Shown one piece after another: positions 55,837-64,000 of a stretch of DNA of 64,000 bases. Below the pieces are notes generated by a model that was given only the letters and a program-made list of their open reading frames with translations, was not told where the DNA came from and ran no database searches. The stretch is from assembly GCA_016186795.1 (NCBI GenBank), contig JACPKY010000002.1, forward strand, positions 989,892 through 1,053,891. Reading direction: 5' to 3'. Position 1 is the stretch's first letter. Each line of letters opens with the position of its first letter. Both the position numbers and the translations under genes were made by a program. This stretch comes from Candidatus Gottesmanbacteria bacterium (GTDB lineage Bacteria > Patescibacteriota > Microgenomatia > 2-02-FULL-39-11).

Positions 55837-56779
55837 CAGTTACTTTTGGCAAAAGTCCTTCATCTTGGAGGAGCTTACTTATTTTTCTGTATCCTTGTCC
55901 ACTTGAGTACTCACTTCCAAGTACCTCTTTTGCATCGACACTCTTCCATGGCGTATTTTTCTTCTTCTGGAAATATACAGCCAGATCTGCGTACGTTTGC
56001 GGGAACCAGTAGGAGTTAAGTGCAAGAGCTTTCTGGTAGATTTTCTCCTTTGGTAACCCTTGGGACACTGCAAGTTCCAAAAAGCCGAGCATGGCAGCCC
56101 CATGGTTGCAATCTGGGAAGTACGTACTATTGCCGCAACATGAGCGGAAGATACTTTCGGCAAGTTCTTTCACCAGAGTTTCTTGTTCCCTCGATAGCGG
56201 AAGAATCGGAAAACGGTTGAAAAGGGTTCCTCCCGGCTCTTTCCCAAGTGTCCATCCACCGGTTGAAGCAAAACTTCCGACATCTTTGGCATACTCTTTT
56301 CCCATTGGTCCATCGGCAAGTACATTTGTTTTATTGGCAATTCCCAGAGGCCAGAGAAGGTTAAGAAAAAGATTGGCATTCTCTGCCGTGATCACAAGCT
56401 TTTCGTCGGATGGTTTGTCAAGAAGTGCTTGTTCTTGGGGAGTAAGTCCTCCTCTTGCCTGGTAGAGAGAAATGAATTTTTCTTTATCTATTGCACCTAC
56501 TTCTACAAGCCGGACTATTGTATCTTTCAATGTTACCTCCAGGGGAACAGATTCAGGAAGTACGTCCTTTGTTATTTCTTCAAGTTGCTTTTCCAAAGAA
56601 GGAGTAGGGGTTGGGGAAGCGTTGAATAAACGAGTAAGTGTTACAAGATTTGATCTTGTTTTTGCAACTGCAAGAGGGGCAATATTGAGAAGAAAGGCTG
56701 CAAATAAAAATCCTGTTATCAGTCCTATGAAATACTGTTTATTTTTCTTTATGTTTTTTTTCCATGAGTTTACTTTCAT
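55814..56779 (-). CDS. Hypothetical membrane-anchored protein with a Cys cluster (CCGNSTYFPDCNHG)
   Basis: 321 aa with an N-terminal TM segment. Confidence 0.3.
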   Translation of the reverse strand: MKVNSWKKNIKKNKQYFIGLITGFLFAAFLLNIAPLAVAKTRSNLVTLTRLFNASPTPTPSLEKQLEEITKDVLPESVPLEVTLKDTIVRLVEVGAIDKEKFISLYQARGGLTPQEQALLDKPSDEKLVITAENANLFLNLLWPLGIANKTNVLADGPMGKEYAKDVGSFASTGGWTLGKEPGGTLFNRFPILPLSREQETLVKELAESIFRSCCGNSTYFPDCNHGAAMLGFLELAVSQGLPKEKIYQKALALNSYWFPQTYADLAVYFQKKKNTPWKSVDAKEVLGSEYSSGQGYRKISKLLQDEGLLPKVTGGGGCGV

Positions 56780-57587
56780 GACGGGCCTCCTTTATGAGAA
56801 TAGTGATAAATAATATAAGTGCGATAGCAATAAGAAGGTCAAGGAACGGGTTTTGTAACCTTCCCGAAAGAGTGTAAATGAATTGTTGGAGACTTGCTCC
56901 GTATGCCATGTTTGAATCCATCTCAATTTGTCCGGAAAGAGCTAAGTAGGCAATACCGATAGCAGATACCATAAATGTTATCGCAGCAATAATTTTGAGA
57001 GGCTTTTCGATTGCTGATTTCACTTTGTATAAATACTGGTTTGTTACTTTTTCATAAAAAAGGGAGAGGAAAAAAAGTGGGAAGACGATTCCTAAGACAT
57101 AGACACTGGCAACGATAAGTGCTGTAAGAATTGATGGGGAAAGTGAGGAAAGGGTGATTGCGGCAAAAAGAACTGGTGCACAACATGAGGATGTAATTCC
57201 AGAAAATACTCCCAACAAAAACGTAGAGATAACAGTTGTTTCTTTGGGCATAGTAAAGTAGGGAAGTGGGAGCATGAGTTTGACTTCAAACAGAGTAAAA
57301 AGCCCCATGAGGAACATAAACAGGGCTCCCAATAAATACGTTGTGGTATGGAACTGATCGAAAAGAGAAACGATAATTTTCATACCCAGAGCAACAGGGA
57401 CAAGAATTGATCCAAGACCAAGTGCAAAGACAAGTGTGAGGAGCACAACTCGTGATCGTTCCTTAAATATCGTTCCCAGGTAGGAAGGAAAAAGAAATGT
57501 AATGCAACATGGAGCAAAAAGTGCGACCATGCCTCCTAAAAATGAAGCAGTGAGAGAGACGCCAAAAAAGAGATTTGAATCGATCAT
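56739..57587 (-). CDS. CcdA/DsbD_2-like membrane protein
   Basis: Polytopic, with paired Cys motifs APCC and SSCCAP inside TM segments. Confidence 0.4.
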   Translation of the reverse strand: MIDSNLFFGVSLTASFLGGMVALFAPCCITFLFPSYLGTIFKERSRVVLLTLVFALGLGSILVPVALGMKIIVSLFDQFHTTTYLLGALFMFLMGLFTLFEVKLMLPLPYFTMPKETTVISTFLLGVFSGITSSCCAPVLFAAITLSSLSPSILTALIVASVYVLGIVFPLFFLSLFYEKVTNQYLYKVKSAIEKPLKIIAAITFMVSAIGIAYLALSGQIEMDSNMAYGASLQQFIYTLSGRLQNPFLDLLIAIALILFITILIKEARHESKLMEKKHKEK

Positions 57588-57762
57588 TGTATTACGCGTT
57601 GTATTTCTCGCAAAATGGGTTCTTGAAAAGAATTTGTAGGTTCCATTACTCGGGAAGCCTTCGGGAATTTCAGTTCCCGCTTTCCTTCTCGTAATGGAAC
57701 AACAAATTCTAATTCAACTGCACAAATTTTGCTCAAAATACGACGCTTCATAGAAAAAAATT

Positions 57763-58296
57763 TCACTCAACATATGCTTTTACCGTAAATGTCAGTTTTG
57801 GATTTTCGGGATCGTTTGTCTGTACATACACATCTCGGGTAACTGGTCCCTTCACTGGCATGATTGATGGACGGTAGGTAACAGTAAGTGTTGCCTTTTC
57901 ACCTGGCTCTAATGAGGTAGACCACGTACTTTTTGAGTGCATACCAAATTCTGGGCTTTTTGTTCCGTTGACAGTTATTTGACCAAACGTGCAGTCACAA
58001 GATGAGGAGATTTTAAAAAGATCCAATGGTTTGTTGCCGGTATTTTCGAGTAAGAACTCTGCCTGTTTTTCATCTTGGACTTTCATTGTTCCAAGATCTG
58101 AGGAAGACGATGAAACTTTTACTCGTGGACGATTTTCGTCGTTGACCTTGTACGATGCCGATACCTCTGGTTTTCCTTGTTTACTTTCATTAACAGAGAA
58201 GATGAAAATTACGACAAGTGCCAGAAGAGTTACCCCTCCAATGATGCTCAGAATAATTTTTTCAGAAGAAATTGCAGACGCATGTCTGTCTTTCAT
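57763..58296 (-). CDS. DUF1573-domain protein
   Basis: N-terminal TM segment plus an Ig-like domain with the SSCDCT motif. Confidence 0.45.
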   Translation of the reverse strand: MKDRHASAISSEKIILSIIGGVTLLALVVIFIFSVNESKQGKPEVSASYKVNDENRPRVKVSSSSSDLGTMKVQDEKQAEFLLENTGNKPLDLFKISSSCDCTFGQITVNGTKSPEFGMHSKSTWSTSLEPGEKATLTVTYRPSIMPVKGPVTRDVYVQTNDPENPKLTFTVKAYVE

Positions 58297-58306
58297 ATTT
58301 TCTCCT

Positions 58307-60592
58307 TCATAGTTTTGCTCTCTTTAAAAGAAGAGAATTTGTAACAACTGATATTGAACTTGTGGCCATTGCCAAAGAGGCGAGGATGGGATTTAATAGT
58401 AATCCGAAAAAGGGATAGAGGACTCCCATTGCAACAGGAATTAAGATGACGTTGTATCCAAATGCCCAAAAGAGATTGAGTTTAATTGTCCGCATGGTTT
58501 TTTTAGAAAGACGAATAGCTGTTACAACAGATCTGAGATCTTTATTCATAAGCGTTATATTTGCAGCTTCTATTGCAACATCTGTTCCTGTCCCCATGGC
58601 AATTCCTACGTTGGCTGATGCTAGAGCCGGAGCGTCATTTATTCCATCTCCAACAAAGGCTAGAGTTTTCCTTCCTTTTCCATTTCCTTCTTTGAATTCT
58701 CGGACAATTTTTTCTTTCTCTTGCGGGAGAACTTCAGCAATGACATTTTCATTTGGAATTCCAGCTTGATCGGCAATTGCTTTTGCTGTTTGTTTGTTGT
58801 CACCAGTGATCATATAGGAGGAAATACCTATTTTGAGAAGCTCCGAGATTGTTTCCCGTGCTGAATCTTTCAGGGTATCAGCTATGGCAAATAGGGCAAC
58901 GTGCTTTCCATTGACTGCAATGTATGCCAGTGTTTTTGCTTCTTGGGCAAAAAGTTGCGCCTTTTTCTCAAGTTCACTACAAAGAATAATCTTTTCCTTC
59001 TCCATGAGTTTCTTTGTTCCAATGATTACCTTTTCATGATTTACAGTCCCGACAATTCCAAGACCGGCGATTGCTCTTGCTCCTTCGACCGGTAACTCTT
59101 TTGTCTTTTCTTGGAGGTAGGAAGTAATAGCTGTCGAAAGAGCATGTTCCGAATGCTTTTCAAGAGAAAAGATGAGAGAAAAAATGTACTGTTCTAAGGG
59201 AGTTTGGGGAGTGATATGTAATGTAAGTGTTTTGGCAACTTCATCAATATTTTCCATGACGGAAGAATCTGTAACTTTTGGTTTCCCGAGAGTCAAGGTG
59301 CCGGTTTTATCAAATACAATGGTTGTAATCTTATGGGCAATTTCAAGGCTCTCTGCGTCTTTTATTAAAATACCGTGTTCTGCGCCTTTTCCGGTACCTA
59401 CCATGATTGCAGTTGGAGTTGCAAGGCCCATAGCACACGGACAGGCGATGATAAGGACCGCAACGGTATTGAGCATGGCAAACAGAAATGCAGGAGTTGG
59501 TCCAAAGACGTACCATACGACAAAGGTTGCGATTGCCAGCATAAGAACAACAGGGACAAAGTATGACGAGATAGTATCGGCAAGTCTTTGGATTGGCGCT
59601 TTGCTCCCTTGCGCTTTTTCAACAAGGGCAATAATCTGGGATAGTACAGTTTCACTTCCGACCTTCGTCGCTTGCATGGTAAATGTACCAGTGGAGTTGA
59701 TTGTTGCACCAACGACTAAGTCACCGGGATATTTTTCTACCGGAATACTTTCACCTGTGACCATTGATTCATCAACTGCTGATTCTCCTTTCAAAACTTT
59801 TCCATCGACAGGGATTTTTTCTCCTGGCCGGACAAGGATTTGGTCTCCTACAATGACTTGATTAATTGGAATATCCATCTCTTTTCCATCTCTTACGACA
59901 CGAGCAGTTTTGGCTTGAAGGCTTAGAAGTTTCTTGATGGCATCAGATGTGCCAAGTTTGGCCTTGGCTTCTAAGAATCTTCCCAAAAGAATAAGACCAA
60001 TAATAACAACTGCAGTGTCAAAGTATGGCAGGGGATCGATACCTAAGCCCTGGATAATTTCAGGATAAAGTGTGACAAATGCCGAATAGCCAAAGGCCAC
60101 AGTTGTGCCAATAACGACAAGGGTATCCATGTTGGCATTGCGGTTTTTCAAAGATGAGAATGCTGCCTGATAAAATGAAAAACCTGCCCAGAATTGAATT
60201 GGTGTTGCCAGTAGAAGCTGAATAAGAGAGTCTTTTAACAAAGATGGAGCAGTCTCCATAAGAGTCGGGAAACTTGCCCAAAAAAGAAGGCCGCCAATTG
60301 CAAGACTTACCAACACTTTTATCCCTAGCTCCTTCAATTCCTTCTTTTTCCTGATATCTTTTTCATCACTGTGTCCATTTTCGCCAAGAAGAGCTTTGTA
60401 CCCAACTTTTGCAACTGCTTCTTTCAAGTTATCATCGTTTACTTGTGATTCGTCATATGTGACGTGAGCTTTCTCTGTGGCAAGATTGACCGTTGCACTA
60501 TCTACTCCGGCAACTTTTGACAGTGCACGTTCTAACACTCGTACACAGGAAGCGCAATGCATACCAGAAATTGCAAAAGATTTGGTTTTCAT
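58307..60592 (-). CDS. copA: Copper-translocating P1B-type ATPase
   Basis: N-terminal HMA GMHCASC. TM CPC. DKTGTLT phosphorylation site. GDGINDAP. Confidence 0.9.
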   Translation of the reverse strand: MKTKSFAISGMHCASCVRVLERALSKVAGVDSATVNLATEKAHVTYDESQVNDDNLKEAVAKVGYKALLGENGHSDEKDIRKKKELKELGIKVLVSLAIGGLLFWASFPTLMETAPSLLKDSLIQLLLATPIQFWAGFSFYQAAFSSLKNRNANMDTLVVIGTTVAFGYSAFVTLYPEIIQGLGIDPLPYFDTAVVIIGLILLGRFLEAKAKLGTSDAIKKLLSLQAKTARVVRDGKEMDIPINQVIVGDQILVRPGEKIPVDGKVLKGESAVDESMVTGESIPVEKYPGDLVVGATINSTGTFTMQATKVGSETVLSQIIALVEKAQGSKAPIQRLADTISSYFVPVVLMLAIATFVVWYVFGPTPAFLFAMLNTVAVLIIACPCAMGLATPTAIMVGTGKGAEHGILIKDAESLEIAHKITTIVFDKTGTLTLGKPKVTDSSVMENIDEVAKTLTLHITPQTPLEQYIFSLIFSLEKHSEHALSTAITSYLQEKTKELPVEGARAIAGLGIVGTVNHEKVIIGTKKLMEKEKIILCSELEKKAQLFAQEAKTLAYIAVNGKHVALFAIADTLKDSARETISELLKIGISSYMITGDNKQTAKAIADQAGIPNENVIAEVLPQEKEKIVREFKEGNGKGRKTLAFVGDGINDAPALASANVGIAMGTGTDVAIEAANITLMNKDLRSVVTAIRLSKKTMRTIKLNLFWAFGYNVILIPVAMGVLYPFFGLLLNPILASLAMATSSISVVTNSLLLKRAKL

Positions 60593-60948
60593 ATCACAGA
60601 AATTTTGCCAAAGTACATATTCATCCCACAGGAGTATGGAAACTCCCCTTTTTTCTTGGGAGTAATTACAATTGGTACGTTTTCGTTTAATGGCAGAAAT
60701 TTTTTGATGCCAAAATCAGGGATATTAACCTCTTCAAGACAAGGGTTAGGATCCTTTCTCAAGAAATTAAGAGTTGTTGTGGCATCTTTTTTTATAATAA
60801 TGTACGAAGGGGAGTAGCCACCCTCGACTTTGATATCAATTGACCCTTTTGCCTCAACCTTTTCTTCTTTTTTGCCAAAGAAGAACCAGTAGGTGGTTAT
60901 GACTCCGAAAAAGCCAAGGAGAATAACGAATATTTTATCGAGTGTCAT
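60589..60948 (-). CDS. Membrane-anchored cupredoxin-like domain protein
   Basis: N-terminal TM segment. C-terminal ...[15 protein letters not shown], the same motif as the C-terminus of the ORF at 52716-53765. Confidence 0.45.
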   Translation of the reverse strand: MTLDKIFVILLGFFGVITTYWFFFGKKEEKVEAKGSIDIKVEGGYSPSYIIIKKDATTTLNFLRKDPNPCLEEVNIPDFGIKKFLPLNENVPIVITPKKKGEFPYSCGMNMYFGKISVI

Positions 60949-61211
60949 TTTTGGTTTCTTTTAAATACTGCCATGACTTCTTCAATGACCTCGTTTGATC
61001 TTCCCTTTTTAATAGCATCGACAACGCATGTATTGAGGTGATTTTTTAAAATAAGAGAGTCAATTTCTCGAAGGGCTGCTTCAACTGCTTGAGATTGATG
61101 AAGCGTATCAATGCAGTAAGAATCATTCTCGACCATTTCCCGGACTTTCTTCAGATGTCCCTCAGCAATCTTCAGACGTGCAACAAGAGATATTTTTGAT
61201 TCGCTTTGCAT
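60945..61211 (-). CDS. csoR: Copper-sensing transcriptional repressor CsoR (RcnR/CsoR family)
   Basis: 88 aa with W-X-Y-Z ligand residues: YCIDTLHQ...LKNHLNTC. Confidence 0.85.
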   Translation of the reverse strand: MQSESKISLVARLKIAEGHLKKVREMVENDSYCIDTLHQSQAVEAALREIDSLILKNHLNTCVVDAIKKGRSNEVIEEVMAVFKRNQK

Positions 61212-61237
61212 AGAAGCCTCCTTGATAACCTTTCTAA

Positions 61238-61256
61238 TATCCCCTAGGGGGGGATA
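61238..61256. promoter_or_regulatory. Candidate CsoR operator: GC-tract pseudo-palindrome TATCCCCTAGGGGGGGATA in the csoR promoter region
   Basis: TATCCCC / GGGGATA inverted repeat flanking a G/C tract, about 30 bp upstream of the csoR start. Resembles known CsoR boxes (ATACCC...GGGTAT-type). Confidence 0.4.
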
Positions 61257-61308
61257 GGGATACTATACTATATCAAAAATAAAAAATCAAATATCAAAAA
61301 AAGATGGG

Positions 61309-61773
61309 GTGTTCTATACTAGAAATATGCTCTATACTCCTCATTTTTTAACCGGAGCTGCAATTTTAAAAATAGTACCTGATCCGCTTCTAGGGTTACT
61401 CCTAAGTTTTCTTTCACATTTTATTCTTGATTTAACGCCGCATAATGATTTTGATCTCCGACCAGGAATAACCTTGAGAGAATTTTTTCGGATGGAGAAG
61501 AGACGTCGAAATATAATTTTGCTTGTTATGGGAATTGACTATTTCTTTATGGTGGTTAGTTTCTTGTGGATATTGGTTACAAAGAGCAATTATTGGCTCC
61601 TTGTTGGAGGAGGAGTAGGGATACTTCCTGATGCATTTGAACAATTCATCATGCTTTTTGGCAAAAAGCTTCCCGGTTGGCAGGATAGACTACAGTGGAG
61701 AGTATCTGCAAAATACGGGTTTATTTCCTATCCGATTGTAAGTTTAATCGCATTATATATTCTTTTTAATTAG
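61309..61773 (+). CDS. Hypothetical membrane protein
   Basis: 154 aa with 4 TM segments. Confidence 0.3.
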   Translation: MFYTRNMLYTPHFLTGAAILKIVPDPLLGLLLSFLSHFILDLTPHNDFDLRPGITLREFFRMEKRRRNIILLVMGIDYFFMVVSFLWILVTKSNYWLLVGGGVGILPDAFEQFIMLFGKKLPGWQDRLQWRVSAKYGFISYPIVSLIALYILFN

Positions 61774-62704
61774 CGATGCATTTCCCTCCGGCATCGGGAT
61801 AATCTCCCTCTAGTTTGCAAGAATACCCGGTTGGACAATCTAGTCCAGCAATCCCACCACAAAGTTGTTCCCGCTTACTTTCTTCTCTGACGCATTCTCT
61901 TATATGATCAACGTAAGAGAGTTTACTTATAGTTTCATGAAGATCCAGACATTTTTCATAAGGTAGGTTTTTGAAAAGTCCATATGGCGGGTTTGTTTCA
62001 TACTTAACAGTGAGTATTCCAAAAGGTGCAAGCAATCGTTTTACTTCTCGTTCATTATCTGCGGTAATTGCCGGTGAATAGGTAACATAAAGGTCGTAGG
62101 TGGGATTTCCTGTAAAAGTAAATGTTCGAAGAATATTTTCAAATAAATCCTCATCCTCTTTTGTAATCTCTCGATCCACAACATCGAGGGTTAATGCAAA
62201 TATGATGTCGTCTTTTTTAATCAGGCCCATTATTTTTTCAATTTTACGCTCATATGACGGAGGTGAAGCGATGATAAGCTTGTATCCTGAAATACCTGCA
62301 ATTGTCATGCGTGTTTTTTTCTTCGCACTTTGATAGAGATCTTTATTGGTGGAACTCTCCATAAATTCCTCGACAGTTTTTTCTGATAACGCGGAAATAG
62401 GAATCAGAGTAAATCCAACATTCTCGATTTTGTTGTTATCCTCATTAGGGATTAGGTAAAGCTGACCTTCAATAGAATTTGTTTCCTGGAAATATTCATC
62501 CGGATATTTGATTTCATAAAAAAATTTAGTACTTTTGAATATTTTCCAACTGATGGTTTGATCAGGAGTGTAAGAAGAGGATAGTTTATATAGGAAAAAT
62601 GCACCTATTCCAAGAAGAAAAACAGCAACAGAGCCAGTAACTATGAGTAGTATTTTCGATGAATTTCTATTTCCCAGTGGAAATATTTGGTGTATATCCA
62701 TCAT
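61766..62704 (-). CDS. Hypothetical membrane-anchored protein with a Cys-rich C-terminus
   Basis: 312 aa, ending CGGIAGLDCPTGYSCKLEGDYPDAGGKCIAN. Confidence 0.3.
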   Translation of the reverse strand: MMDIHQIFPLGNRNSSKILLIVTGSVAVFLLGIGAFFLYKLSSSYTPDQTISWKIFKSTKFFYEIKYPDEYFQETNSIEGQLYLIPNEDNNKIENVGFTLIPISALSEKTVEEFMESSTNKDLYQSAKKKTRMTIAGISGYKLIIASPPSYERKIEKIMGLIKKDDIIFALTLDVVDREITKEDEDLFENILRTFTFTGNPTYDLYVTYSPAITADNEREVKRLLAPFGILTVKYETNPPYGLFKNLPYEKCLDLHETISKLSYVDHIRECVREESKREQLCGGIAGLDCPTGYSCKLEGDYPDAGGKCIAN

Positions 62705-62825
62705 GAAGAGTATACATGAAGAAAAAGAGCGAGAGAATGGTTACGAAAACAATAAAAAGTATCAGCCAAATATGGCTTTCTCTCCTATTCGATTATATCA
62801 GGTATGGCGTTTTTCTCGTTCTTCG

Positions 62826-63371
62826 TTAGGGCATCCGGATAAACAGCGTCTCTCCGCTTACCTCAGTATTGAAATAGAGACCAAATCTGGGAACGAGGAG
62901 AGTTACTCCTTCTTCTGATCCCGCTGGGACATTGCCAATAAGACAGGTTACCCAAAGAAGACCATCAGTTTCAATTGATCCATCTGTTGAGCGAAGGTGA
63001 ACTCCGATGAGTGCTCGGCCTCCTTCAAAGGTAGATGGAAGATCTGGTGATGTACCCCATGATTGGTACCTCCACATGCGTGTTGCTGTCCAAGTGCCTG
63101 TATTAATAATATTTCCATCTTTGTCTTTGTGGACAATGTCTCCTCCTCCCGTAACTGTATGTGGATTTAGGGAGAATGTGCCTGCTCCTGTTAGTTCTAT
63201 CCGATCACCGTGAAAGTCCATGGCAACGACCGGTCCATCGACTGGATCTACCCCGAGTTTATACTCGTAAAACGTGGGGCCTATTGCTGATGTTGTGTTG
63301 AACGGTGCAAGGAGGAGTAATCCAAAGCCTAGGATAAGTAAAGAAAAAATTGCTTTGCGTACAATCTTCAA
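62826..63371 (-). CDS. Hypothetical secreted protein
   Basis: 181 aa with an N-terminal signal-like segment. Confidence 0.3.
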   Translation of the reverse strand: MKIVRKAIFSLLILGFGLLLLAPFNTTSAIGPTFYEYKLGVDPVDGPVVAMDFHGDRIELTGAGTFSLNPHTVTGGGDIVHKDKDGNIINTGTWTATRMWRYQSWGTSPDLPSTFEGGRALIGVHLRSTDGSIETDGLLWVTCLIGNVPAGSEEGVTLLVPRFGLYFNTEVSGETLFIRMP

Positions 63372-63589
63372 TTTTTATCACCTCCTTTCACGAGTGAGTG
63401 TATTGGCCAAAAGGCAAGAAAAAAAGCAACCCTTGGATAAATTCAGGATTGCTTCCGTTTGCGGTGGCAATATATTTCACTGTAGAGGAGAAGTATTCAA
63501 CTGTCAAGTATCTACGATGAAACGAAAAGGGGAGTAGTATCGAAAAATGAATCTAGCAATATTTTGGGAATCCATGGTATTGTTGAAGT

Positions 63590-64000
63590 ATGCGCTCCAT
63601 TTTGCAGGCTATTTGTATCATCATTTTCCTTTTTGCCTGTTCTTCTTCCGTATACGCAGGTGAAATTATTACCGATCAAAAACTCATTACCGTTGATCTA
63701 GGAAAGCAAATGCTCTATGCGTGGGAGAAAGGTCAAGTTGTTCACCAGACGAAAGTTTCTACCGGACTTCCCAAGACGCCCACTGTGAAGGGTAGTTTTG
63801 CAGTGAAATGGAAAGTTCCTTCTCAAACCATGCGTGGTGGGTCAAAAGCATATGGTACATATGAATATAAAAACGTCCCTCATGTGATGTACTTTTACCA
63901 AGGTTACGCAATTCACGGGGCATACTGGCATAATCGTTTTGGTCGTCCTAATAGCCACGGATGCGTCAATGTTCCTTTGACATCTGCCGAGTGGCTTTAT
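63590..64000 (+). CDS. L,D-transpeptidase (YkuD domain), 3'-truncated by the window end
   Basis: Signal peptide, then ...YAIHGAYWHNRFGRPNSHGCVNV catalytic His/Cys motif. Runs off the window. Confidence 0.75.
   Translation, partial: MRSILQAICIIIFLFACSSSVYAGEIITDQKLITVDLGKQMLYAWEKGQVVHQTKVSTGLPKTPTVKGSFAVKWKVPSQTMRGGSKAYGTYEYKNVPHVMYFYQGYAIHGAYWHNRFGRPNSHGCVNVPLTSAEWLY

Noticed and set aside
57584-57766. 60-aa ORF (MKFFSMKRRILSK...) between the CcdA-like and DUF1573 genes
   Set aside because: It overlaps a nested inverted repeat and is basic and low-complexity. It is more likely a structured intergenic region than a gene.
1-64000. CRISPR arrays, cas genes and prophage structural genes (terminase, portal, capsid)
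   Set aside because: I saw no regularly spaced direct repeats and no recognisable cas or phage structural motifs. The only recombinase is a lone Xer-like enzyme.

Overview
This is a 64-kb chromosomal segment from a small-genome bacterium of roughly 40% GC. I infer a CPR/Patescibacteria-like lineage from gene content, including an archaeal/eukaryal-type ATP-dependent DNA ligase, an endonuclease Q-like PHP protein, an archaeal-type UMP kinase and many glycosyltransferases. It uses the standard genetic code. Gene order: a type IV coupling protein-like ATPase, tRNA-Ile(UAU) and a Xer-like tyrosine recombinase. Then FtsB-like, tRNA-Met-like and an orphan ~300-nt transcript with its own promoter and terminator, followed by a ~1.7-kb AT-rich islet carrying a hydrolase and a split lycopene-cyclase-domain pair. 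Next are a Ca/Na antiporter, an MBL hydrolase and a DEAH-like helicase. A T-box-like leader with three copies of one hairpin precedes a complete trpEGDCFBA-trpS operon. Between trpS and a tRNA-binding protein gene sits a 623-aa ParB/Srx-like orphan. Housekeeping genes follow (ftsH, 5'-3' exonuclease, mutM, pyrH, recF, NAD(P)HX dehydratase, pth, folC). There is a PEP-mobile-domain/HD/PNPOx/SDR operon, a Fic protein with an unknown partner, and a glycosyltransferase, deacetylase and acyltransferase surface-glycan cluster. The window ends in a ~9-kb, 15-gene CsoR-controlled copper-homeostasis operon and a partial L,D-transpeptidase. Three things stand out. A 34-bp palindrome-centred repeat is inserted in-frame into four unrelated genes, in all three reading frames, much like Rickettsia palindromic elements. 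NAAACAG-type in-frame tracts are shared between genes. A 164-bp MITE-like imperfect palindrome fills the only intergenic gap of the copper operon. No CRISPR array or prophage structural genes were seen.
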